Source: Octopus bimaculoides (lineage: Eukaryota). Taken from it: a stretch of DNA of 64,000 nucleotides. Below, one piece after another: positions 53,591-64,000 of the stretch. The translations under genes were made by a program, and so were the position numbers. The notes below the pieces were generated by a model. It did no database searches, was not told where the DNA came from, and saw nothing but the letters and a program-made list of their open reading frames with translations. The DNA is taken from contig NC_068982.1 of the NCBI RefSeq assembly GCF_001194135.2, forward strand, positions 90,140,819 to 90,204,818. The letters are read 5' to 3'. How positions within the stretch are numbered: position 1 is the stretch's first letter; each line of letters opens with the position of its first letter.

Positions 53591-54819
53591 GGATTACTGT
53601 TAATTCTTACCTGAACCATAAAAATACATAACTTAGTTCTGAAACGAGCGTTCAATAGGAAATATTTCTTTAATTTGAAATGTGGCATATATCCAGGAAC
53701 ATAAATGTAATGAAACTATATAACCGACTTTGTTTTTTGAGAGTCAAACATAATTGTGAATCAATCGACATTGTGGTGAATGATTGGTATTGCTGCTGTT
53801 GTGTAGTCTAATGTCAGCTTTGATCGACCAGAGCTATAGCATGCAAGTGAGTCGACCAAGTTGCTAGGCGCGATATTCTGATAAACTGCAGTTTTGCTCC
53901 GAGTCGAGAACTGTGCACCGACATGTAATAGTTTATCACAAAGAGTTCTCTGTTGTTTTGCACAAATGCTCTACCCTCTCTGTAATCCATTTTATGTACG
54001 TCTACTATTCTTTTTTCTGCTGTTGTTTACCCAGCATATGAAATGTATTGAAACAGACTTATAACTGAAGGCTTTTCAGTCACGCCTTTTTTCCCAATAC
54101 ATTCTAGCTGATGTGTCCTTCAGGTTTTATGGCTGTTGGGTAAATGATTTCTAGCATTGACGCAAAATCCCACATTTGGTTGGGGGAAGGCTACAATTGA
54201 TTAAATCGACCTCAGTATATTACTGCTATTTCTTCTCTCGACCATATAAATTTTCGTTAATAGATTTTGAGCTGAGAACGTTTAATTACATGCATAAATA
54301 TTATTGAAGTAGAGTTTATCCGGCTTTTTACCAAATACACCATTCACTAAACTGAGTGACGCTGATGCAACCCAGTCTTGACGAATCTCCAACCTGGCCA
54401 GCCAACGCGTTATAAACAAATAACAACCAGATTGTCTTCAAATCACACCCTGCAACCTTTAAAGGGAACATCTTGGATATTGTATTCTGAGTCTAACAAT
54501 GCTAAAACGAAAATAGACAAGATAATCGGGTTTGGAATATCTTTGATTAGCATTGATCAGTTTAGTTAGGACTGGTATGGAACTAAACAACAGCAACAAT
54601 AACACAGGTAAAGAAAATAGTAAATACAATTTTGTAAAATCACTGGAAGATTTTCTCGTCTTTCAGAATACAATTACTCTGTATATCCTATGATTCCAAG
54701 ACTTACTTTTACTACATCAATTAACCTGTAAAGATAATCACCTCTTTTCTTTCTTTCTTTACATGTACAATTAAATTATATGTGTAAGTTACCAAAAAAT
54801 TCTTAAACGGTGAGCTGAG

Positions 54820-55080
54820 TTACTAGCAGTGGGGGTAGACAGCATAGTGTCTAGAGTGCTGCACTCACGATCGCAAGACTGTGGTTTCAATTCCTCGACT
54901 TGGCAGTGCGTTGTGTTCTGTGGAGAACACTTTATTTCACTTTGCTCCAATCCAATCAGCCACTCAGAATAGTAACCCTGCGAGGGACTGGCGTCCCATC
55001 CAGGGGAAATCTTCTGATTATGGTCATTTGTTCGCTATGAAGACCTAGTAACCGTTCTGATGGGTCCTACGACACGAAGC
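54820..55080 (+). mobile_element. tRNA-headed SINE with Meta/V-like central domain
   Basis: ggtttcaattcct B-box, gtgttctgtggagaacact, aaccctgcgagggactggcgtcccatccagggg. Confidence 0.55.
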
Positions 55081-56889
55081 TGGGATGCCCAAGGGTTGAT
55101 GATTATGACATACTGATTAGCTCTTCCATTTTGCCAATGACAATCTGGAAGTGAAGTTGAAGATTTCAAAATGAAAAACCGTACCGTTGATCCACTTCTT
55201 ATTTATCAGTAGTCCTGCAATCACGTATGTTAAACGTGCACAAAAACTGGTTTGTTCATTGATACCACACACGAGAAAAAGAGAATATGATGCTAGCCAC
55301 ATGAGCAACAAGGGAAAAAAGAGACAAACACATGCATTTCAAGGAAGGAAACACTAGGTTTACATTGGTTTTTACTCTAATCATAATTGGTTATATATTC
55401 CTCTCGCTATTCAGTCGTCTCCATAATGAGAGCATAAGCAAACAAAAGATAACGACGGCACCAGAGTTAGTACTGAAACGAAAAACAACATCCATTATCA
55501 TCACATCTGCAATTACTATCAGTCATCATCATCATTACCATTAGCATTAATATCAACTTTATCGTCCTTGTCAATGTAACAATCTCTTTACTATGTATCA
55601 CTATTAAATTCTTCTATTTCTAAGTAAACTCGCTATAAACATTTGCTGACACATCATGCTGTTGAACCGATCAACCAGTATTTATTATATTAAACATAAA
55701 ATACACTAGAAAGGCCTATCGCTTTAGCATACTATATCAAAAGCGATGTGTATCTGCTATGAGAGAACAATTACAATTTTTTTAAACTCTGGAAATCTCT
55801 AAAATGACGCTATTTAGAACTGAAGTCAAAGCTATTCTGTTGCTTTATCTAGTTCTCTATGTCCATCGTCTTAAATTATCCATTGACAGGAAATTCACCC
55901 ATTTTAAGACCTTTTGTATTCACTTGAATAATTTTATATTCACTTGAAAGCAATAAAGTGTCAGCTACATATATCTGCTGAATTACAGTACACCGCTCTT
56001 GCCTCACCCTCTCTTTCACTATACGTATACATACACATGAATGTGTGTATGTGTGTGTGTAACACATACACACACCCACATATGTCCATATACATATATA
56101 CATACATAACTATATCTATATCTATCTATCTATATATATATATATATATATATATNNNNNNNNNNNNNNNNNNNNNNNNNNNNNNNNNNNNNNNNNNNNN
56201 NNNNNNNNNNNNNNNNNNNNNNNNNNNNNNNNNNNNNNNNNNNNNNNNNNNNNNNNNNNNNNNNNNNNNNNNNNNNNNNNNNNNNNNNNNNNNNNNNNNN
56301 NNNNNNNNNNNNNNNNNNGAGAGAGAGGAGGAAGGGAAGAACAGAGAAAGAGAGATCCAGATAGGAGGCACACACTTATCAATCTTTGCAGTGAATCAGT
56401 CATAGAAATACCATTCAATAACACATGTTGAATTTGCCTTCTGACATGTGGTTACGTTTCCCTTTATATCATGGATTCACAGCTACAGCATATTCTCGAG
56501 TAGATGATGAATACAAGATATATTAAAAACATTCACGACTACTTACAAATGCGTGTATGTGTTTCCACGCCTTTTTACACATAAACACATACATATAGTG
56601 GGTGCATAAGACACACACATGTGTACGTACATATGTATATATGCCTTATGTATGTATGTATGTACGTATGTATGTATGTATGTATGTATGTATATGTATG
56701 TATGTACATGTATACGTGTATAATAGTACAACAATATATTAATGTATATGTACATAATGATAGAATATATTAATATGCATATAACACTATAATAATGTAT
56801 TAATATATATATAAATATAAAATGATATAATAATATATCAATATATATGTATGTATATACGTACATATATATGTGTATGTGTGTGTGCA

Positions 56890-56920
<31 letters not shown>

Positions 56921-57147
56921 GTAAGTGTGCATATGAATACGTTTAAAAATCTAGCTTCCTTACATTTATCTTTTCCGTTGTCGAAACTTACCCCCAAGGT
57001 TTTAGTGAGAATTCTTTCTCGTTTATCATACACTACACAACATATTCATTTGTTTTGGTTAGATGATATAAAATATCTCTCACTTCAATCACTCTAATAC
57101 AGTCATTATCTTTCAGTATCACTTACACACACACACACACACACACA

Positions 57148-57178
<31 letters not shown>

Positions 57179-57188
57179 NNNNNNNNNN

Positions 57189-57245
<57 letters not shown>

Positions 57246-57481
57246 ATATATATATACACACACACACACGTTCACATATATAGTTCGTACATATGCACCC
57301 TTTATATAAATATATAGACACACATACATACATATATACTTAGATACACACATACACATATATATATATACATACAAGCATGCATACATACATACATACA
57401 TACATACATACATACACACATACATACATACATACATACATACATACGCACGTCTGTAACGATTAGCGTAGGATACTGCAG

Positions 57482-57544
57482 AAATTCCTGATGAGGATAT
57501 CATGACTAGTAATTGAATGCTTGATATCAAAATCGGTAGGTTTT
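57482..57544 (+). ncRNA. Decayed minimal type-I hammerhead motif (C3-G8 core, G12->A)
   Basis: AAAUUC | CUGAUGA | G | GAUAUCA-19nt-UGAUAUC | AAA | AU cg GU | A | GGUUUU. Stem II 7/7 bp; stem I 5/6 bp including one G-U. Confidence 0.6.
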
Positions 57545-57908
57545 ACTATACGATAGTCAAAAGAACTAGTGCATATTAATGAACACTAAATACTAAATAG
57601 CGTTCAATTCACATTATGGAGGATGCTGGCTGTGGTGCATTTTCTGTACTTGAATTGATATTTAAGATTTGGATCATATTTGGCATGGTTGGCAGCGCTT
57701 GCATTTCTTTCCCCTTATTCCTGCTCAGTTTCCTCCATACTCGCTAAAAGTATATCGTCGTTCACTGGATTTGTCTTCTTAATATCTACCCAACTTTAGC
57801 TTAAATACTAAAGAATGGCTACTTGTCTATCAGAAAATTTGTGGTTTCTGTTGCCAGTTTTCGACAGAAGAAACATTTTCGGTACATACACGCTAAACTG
57901 CTTTTCTG

Positions 57909-59177
57909 TACGAGTTGGGCTGAAAAGTTGATAGGCTGACTGCATAAGAGTGATACCAGAGCTGTGAAATCTAGCATGCGTTAATTCCAGCCCTTCTTAT
58001 TACTAACTGAATTGTTTCTCTCTAGATAAACTGACTGTTCAAAGAAGACTTTAAAAGTAAGTAGAAGCGATTATCCTTGAAAATCGAAAAAATTTGACAT
58101 CATGATATTAAGTACCTGCAGAAAAAGGCTTTAACTCCCAAAGGCATTCATGCTGCTATGGTTGCTACTTTAGGGAATGATGCTTCGGGTTTCTCAGCAG
58201 TGCAAAAGTGGGCAGCTGAATTTTGGTGGGGAATGGAGTGCCTTGAAGATGACCCAATGTCTGGACGTCCTGAAACTGCCATCACCGAGGAAATCATTGA
58301 TCGTGTTCACCACATGGTGGTGGATGACAGGCTATTGACTATAAATCAAATAGTCAATACTATTAGCATATCCATTGAGAGAGTTGAGAATATTCTGTTC
58401 AATAATCTTGTTATGACGAAGGCTTCTGCTCGGTGGGTCCTACGTCTTCTGACACTTGATCAAAAGCGCATCAGGTTGATCACATCACGGGAGAATCTGA
58501 CTTTGCTTGAGGCAGATCCATCTGGTTTCTTTCAAAGTTTCCTTACCCAGAATAAGTGTTGTCCTCATCACTTCAAGCCAGTGACAAAGAAACAATCGGT
58601 GCAATGAAAACACCACTCCTCACCTGTTTTAAAGAAGGTCAATGTCTTCTCATCTACAGGGAAGATGATGACCTGTTTTGAGGGATGCAAAAGGCATTGT
58701 GTTTATTGACCCCCCTGAAAAGGGTCACACCATTAATGGAGTGCACTATGCTAACACAGTGACGAAAGGTTATCACGACCAAACACCCAAAGAAACTGAC
58801 GAAATGGGTATTGTTCCATCAGAAAAATTCTCCCGCACAGAAGTGGTTAATTTCAGTGGTTGTAATGTGTGACTGTGGCTTTGAACTGGTTAATCACCCT
58901 CCACATTCTCCTGATTTGTCCCCATCTGATTATCATCTGTTCCTCAACATGGAAAAACACTGTCTGGGAACCTGTATCGCAGTGATGATGACATCATAGC
59001 TGCCGTTGATGATTTCTTTTTCCAACAAGATGAAAGTATCTTCTTAGGATCCAAGCGCTGCAACACAAATAGAAGAAGTGTATGAACAGTAAAGAGGACT
59101 GTGTTCAAACATAAACCACATCGTGTCACATTCCATGGGAGTATCTTGGTCAGCCTGTGAATTTTCAGCTTAATGTA
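57909..59177 (+). mobile_element. Full-length (about 1.27 kb) mariner transposon with pseudogenised transposase
   Basis: TA TSDs at 57909-57910 and 59176-59177; imperfect TIRs 57911-57940 and 59149-59175 (core gctgaaaa..aggctgac). Peptides: EDDPMSGRP, ARWVLR, TQNKC..HHFKP, FHQKNSPA (cf. QDNA), HPPHSPDLSPSDYHLF; stops and frameshifts. Confidence 0.97.
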
Positions 59178-59484
59178 CTAAAGATTCCTCTGAAGATTGC
59201 ACTCGTAATTCTTTAAATTTATAGCTTCTGACATTCGGCCAAAAGATTCCTATTTAACATCAATCACCAAAGCATGGAAAAATAATTAAAGAACCACTAA
59301 GCATCAACTGCAGATCCTCCACCAAATCTTTAAAGACTTTTAACAAAGGAGATACTCAAATCAGAAGAAGAATTAATAGAGGTAGCAAAATGTGGAGAAC
59401 TTCATTGAGGAACATATGTGAGTTGCACAATTCAAAACCAAAATTTCAAGAATGGGAAGGACTTGAAAGTTAATGTTTATATGA

Positions 59485-59859
59485 ACTGCTAAAGAAAAAC
59501 AAGATCACATTTACTGCAACACAAGCACAGAGTGCAATGAGATTTGTATCGACGAAACAGGATGGAAATCTATACTTGGAGTTAGAGCACATATGCAACA
59601 AATCAATGATTTATCTCTTAGAAATGTTCCAAGTGCTGCACATCAAGATATTTTGCAAATGGAAAATGCAATATCTTCTCTTCTTTTCAAGATTAAGAAA
59701 GAAAATGATCTAACTACGAAAGGTAAAAGAGCAATGCTTACAAATATTCTAAATTCGAATTTAAACCGCCAAATCAACACTGCTAAAAGAAATTTTCCCT
59801 ATGCGGAATGGCCCTTTTCACGTATGTTTGAAATGCTAAAAACAGCAAAAAGCCCTTAA
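59485..59859 (+). other. Unidentified stop-free frame of about 124 codons
   Basis: TAKEKQDHIYCNTSTECNEICIDETGWKSILGVRAHMQQINDL...NFPYAEWPFSRMFEMLKTAKSP*; complex composition, no recognised motif. Confidence 0.3.
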
Positions 59860-60056
59860 TACAAATACGATAATTTCCTTCAAGAAGGTTTGTGTCATGA
59901 TATCTTTTTAAGCATATCCTTCTTACACTTGAAAACATTCAATTTAATAAAATCATTCTTCAAATATAGAAACGGTATCTTTTCTAAAAATCATTTGATA
60001 TATATACATGCGTGTAGGAGGATATATGTGTTAGTATTTGTATATGTGTATTTATA

Positions 60057-60148
<92 letters not shown>

Positions 60149-60176
60149 CTAAAGATATGTATATAGGTATGTGTAT

Positions 60177-60212
<36 letters not shown>

Positions 60213-60245
60213 GTGTCTCTCTATCTATCTATCTCTCTATCTATC

Positions 60246-60308
<63 letters not shown>

Positions 60309-60350
60309 ATATACACACACAGAGAAATGCATACACAAATACACACACAT

Positions 60351-60740
60351 ACGCAGGAGGATGGAAAAGTAACGATAGTCTGAGACTATGATTTTCGGAC
60401 GGATCGTGTAGTCGAAAACCGTTGGCTAGATATTGTCATATTGAATAAGAAAGACAAATACTGTCAGATCATTGATGTAACCACAAGAAATGATATGAAT
60501 GTCTGGACTATGTACTCCGATATGAAAGTGGAAATGGCAAGACTGTATGGAATGCGAGAGGGTAATGTAAAAGTGACACTAGTGATGCTTCCAGGCTTCT
60601 TAAGGCAACTGGAAATCCCATGCAAGATTGATGTCTTACAGAAAGCAGCCTTATTGGGCACAGCCATTATCTGTCTAAGGTCCTTGTTGTGACTTGACAG
60701 ATGACTCGGGTGCATTTTTACCTACACTGTGTTACGAAGG
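60351..60740 (+). mobile_element. R4/Dong-like LINE 3' fragment (same subfamily as 15342-16750)
   Basis: aggaggatggaaaagtaacgata...gatattgtcatattgaataagaaagacaaatactgtcagatcattgatgta is near-identical to 16347-16480; QKAALLGTA; followed by (GAT)n(GAG)n. Confidence 0.9.
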
Positions 60741-60939
60741 AATGATGATGATGATGAAGAGGAGGAGGAGGAGGAGGAAGGACCTTCCCGTCGAAGACAA
60801 AGTATGAGTGTTCAGGTTTTGCTCTACGACCTGTATAATTGTATGTGCTGTACATTAGATCACTCCCTGCATCAAATCGTCATTGCCTGTACAGCTACAC
60901 AAGTGTGCTGTAGCACTCTTTTTCGAAATGATCGCAGAG

Positions 60940-61040
60940 AATAAAGTGCTTTGCTCAAGAACACAACGCGTTGCTCGGTCTGTGATTCGAACCCATAATG
61001 TGGCGAACGAAAGCGCAACACCCAAACCACAGGGCCACGT
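60940..61040 (-). mobile_element. SINE family B-like tRNA head fragment
   Basis: Reverse strand gggttcgaatc B-box and tcttgagcaaagcact. Confidence 0.6.
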
Positions 61041-61189
61041 GACTTTACATCAGCAGCAGCAACAACAACGACAATAATAATAATAACAATAATAGCAATA
61101 ATAATAAATGTCCTGATGAAGTAGCAGGCACAACTCTCATGATGTTATCATACACCTGTTTTGTCTTCGTGTAAAATATGGGCTACAAA

Positions 61190-61612
61190 TTTGCTTGTCA
61201 GTCGCTTAACCTTCATCAGATGAGAACATCCCTTAATGGCTGATAATATGTACATCCCTGATTTTGATCTGGAATGTTGGGAGAGCATCATAACCACCTA
61301 TTGAGAGAATTTTTTTGAGATTTGACTAATTCACCTCTGGATACATTGGTGTTTCGCCCACCATCCCTAAACAAACGTTATTCGGGGACCTTTTGAGCAG
61401 GATCGGCTACTGGACCTGGATAAAATTCTAACTGCCCTCCCACCCTGCAAGGTCATGCGCTTTTCGTCTTGATATGAGATCACCTTGCCACGCATATACG
61501 GTTGTGATACATGTGTCTGTATCAGGCGGGTAGTCATGAGGAGTATATTAGGCTTCATATATCTGTACCCAGTGTAATTTTGTTGGTATTCGCTACTCTC
61601 TCCCCCACACAA
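61190..61612 (+). mobile_element. Probable retroelement 3'-UTR-like segment ending in (AAT)n
   Basis: GC-richer non-coding block running into a TAA tail; recalled as an abundant octopus repeat, but no second copy is in this window. Confidence 0.35.
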
Positions 61613-61652
61613 TAATAATGATAATAATGATGATGATGATGATGATGATGAT

Positions 61653-61717
<65 letters not shown>

Positions 61718-61730
61718 TAATAATAATAAT

Positions 61731-62429
61731 AGAAACAGAAGCACTCATATGCGCAGCTCAGGAACAAGCGATAAAGACTAACTATATGAAATGCAGAATA
61801 GACAACACTAAATGCAGAATGTTTGATGATAGGGTTGAAACAGTATGGCTCATTGTTAGCAAACGCCTGAAATTGGCACAACACAAATACAAACGACGCT
61901 ATGACAATGTGGCAAGAATGATCCACTGTGAGGAGAAAACTCCAAAAAGAGTCACCGAAAATGAGAACTGCAAAACCCTGTGTTATGTAATGATCAAGTG
62001 CGATCGCCTGACCACCTGACCAAACATCGGAAACCGGATATTTTTGTGGTGAATGAAAAATAAAAAAAACATGTATGATAATCGGCAGAGCATGCCCCGT
62101 GACAACATGATCAACGTGAAGGAAGAAAATTAAACAACTATGACGATTTAAATTTGGAAATACGAAGGTTGTGGTCAATGAAGAGAGTAGACGTGATACC
62201 ATAAGTAATTGGTGCACTGGGAAGTATTAGCTCTCAACTATCAACATGGTTGAAAAAGATTAGTGCAAATGTGAAGGTAGGGCACGTATAAAAATCAGCA
62301 TCGCTTGGAACTGCAAGGATTCTTCGCAGGGTTCTTGAAGCATGACCGGTGAAGTAGTGTCACATTAGTCTGCTGGCTGTAGACAGCTGACACTTTCCAT
62401 CATATACAACAAAATAAGCTGTGTTTTCA

Positions 62430-62430
<1 letters not shown>
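61731..62430 (+). mobile_element. Dong/R4-like LINE 3' fragment (third subfamily) inside (TAA)n
   Basis: ETEALICAAQEQAIKTNY..C..ETV..IVS..LAQHKYKRRYDNVA; RKPDIFVVN; EIRRLWSMK..V.VIP..IGALG; LGTARILRRVL; (TAA)n on both sides. Confidence 0.9.
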
Positions 62431-62471
<41 letters not shown>

Positions 62472-62566
62472 CCTTTCTCCTAAAGGCACAAGGACTGAAA
62501 TTTTGGGAGAGGGGACTAATCGATTACATCGACCTCAAGGATGTAACGCAAAATCGACCTCAGTGG

Positions 62567-62570
<4 letters not shown>
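62472..62570 (-). mobile_element. SINE family A 3' fragment
   Basis: atcctttctcctaaaggcacaagg.ctgaaattttgggagagggg.ctaatcgattacatcgacc. Confidence 0.75.
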
Positions 62571-62639
<69 letters not shown>

Positions 62640-62640
62640 T

Positions 62641-63009
62641 CAGCACTCAGAGAGCACAAACCTCCACCAAAGCAACACCAATGTCCCCTCAACGATTAAC
62701 CAGAGAAGATTTTTAAAATGAGAATACCTGAAATAAACTCGACTGCTCTCACAAACGGGAATTCTAAAAATGAACCTCACCTCTCTCAAAAATTCATTAA
62801 AAAAGCAGGAAAAATAATCCAGAATCTTTGTCCTACACCGGATCTATCCCAGAATCGAATCAGTTCGTGCCAGTTACGAAGCCAAGCATCCCTAAAAGTT
62901 TCATTCGAATCCATTTAGCAGTTCTTAAGATATCTTGTCCAAGGACAAATAAACAGACAAACAAACACAACTGAAAACGATACCTCCTCATTTGCTAAGG
63001 CGGAGGTAA
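62641..63009 (+). mobile_element. Helentron-type non-autonomous element (HINE/DINE-like)
   Basis: 5' subterminal acctccaccaa (62660-62670); (AAAC/AGAC) tract at about 62946-62968; 3' hairpin acctcc-tcatttgctaaggc-ggaggt (62982-63007); no TSD. Confidence 0.65.
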
Positions 63010-63169
63010 TAATACTGATAATAATAATGACTTCTCTAATCAGAGACGACGTCTGAGCGTTCAGATTCTCGAACGACCTACACAGATGATCTGTTCACAT
63101 ATTAGCTCTCCCCGTCACATTGGCTTTGTCTGGACAGGTGCACGGTTTACCACATTCCAGGTGTCAAAG

Positions 63170-63640
63170 TGACCGCAGAGCAACGTGAGTTGAAGTGTTT
63201 CGTTCAAGAACACAACGCACCACCCGGTCTAGTAACTGAAGCTAGGCCATGCCTAGTTGTTTCAAATTTCGGTACAATGTCAGTAATTACACGGGAGGGG
63301 ATCAGTCAATTGCGTCGTCCCCAGTATTCAACTGGCACTGATTTTATCGACCCCGAAAGGATGAAGGGCAAAGTCGACCTCGGTGGAATTTGAACTCAGG
63401 ACGTGAAGACAGACGAAATGCTGCTAAGCATTTTGCCGAGCGTGTTAATAATTCTGCTATTTCACTCCCTTACAAGGTAAAAAGCCGGAATAAATGCCGC
63501 TAAGCATTTTGTCCAATGCGCTAACAATCCTACCAGTTCCCCACCTCTAATATTGGTTCCAAATTTTCGCGTAATGTAAGCGATTTCGGGGTAGTTGGTA
63601 AATCGATTACACCGACCCTAGTGCTCGAGTGGTATTTATT
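63170..63640 (-). mobile_element. Cluster of SINE fragments (family B-like head; family A at 63255-63470 and 63480-63640)
   Basis: atcgaccccgaaaggatgaagggcaaagtcgacctcggtggaatttgaactcag is a well-preserved family A copy. Confidence 0.85.
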
Positions 63641-64000
63641 TACTCTTCACTCAATATTGTTCGTGTCAAAGGAGAGCCTCTAACCGTAGTTGTTCTTCGT
63701 GATAGAGACACCATCTGACGTAATGGTGTATCATGGATATGTTATTTGCGTAAAAATTAGGGATATGAGCATAGCTAGAATGTTTTGATCAAAAGATTAC
63801 TCAGGCCAACCTTCTTAATCAATAAAAGCAAATACATTATAAAGTAATCTATCTGTAATTTTCATTGTATATGTATAAAATATGTAAAATATACAATACT
63901 ATAAATATAATTATATATACTTTGTGTGTGTATACATACATACACTCATACACATATTTTATACATGTATGTATATATGTATATATATATATATATAAGA

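Noticed and set aside
54708-57032. Small minus-strand candidate exons (54708-54726; 56992-57032, YDKRERILTKTLG)
   Set aside because: Phases are not mutually compatible and no homology is recognised; consistent with chance.

Overview
AT-rich, microsatellite-dense eukaryotic genomic DNA with 11 assembly gaps, most bordered by (TA)n. The repeat families look like those of an octopod cephalopod (Octopus); this is inference from recognition, not a database result. No complete host gene, rRNA, tRNA or CRISPR array is present, and most ORFs in the track are microsatellite or N-gap artefacts. Recognisable content is decayed mobile DNA: two mariner copies (one full length with TIRs and TA TSD), a Tigger/pogo-type MITE, an internally deleted Helitron, a Helentron-type MITE, four R4/Dong-like RLE-LINE fragments, a Tx1/L1 RT fragment, CR1- and RTE-like remnants, a LINE-like 3' end encoding C2H2 fingers, and many tRNA-derived SINE copies. 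The best host-gene evidence is one candidate minus-strand exon (47887-47995). The most striking observation is three unrelated segments (8654-8700 minus, 13942-13980 minus, 57482-57544 plus) that each fold by hand into a minimal type-I hammerhead ribozyme of the Penelope-like-element kind. They use three different pairs at core positions 3-8 (G-C, U-A, C-G), and each has an extra G before stem II. Two long near-perfect hairpins (about 340 and 170 bp) are also present.
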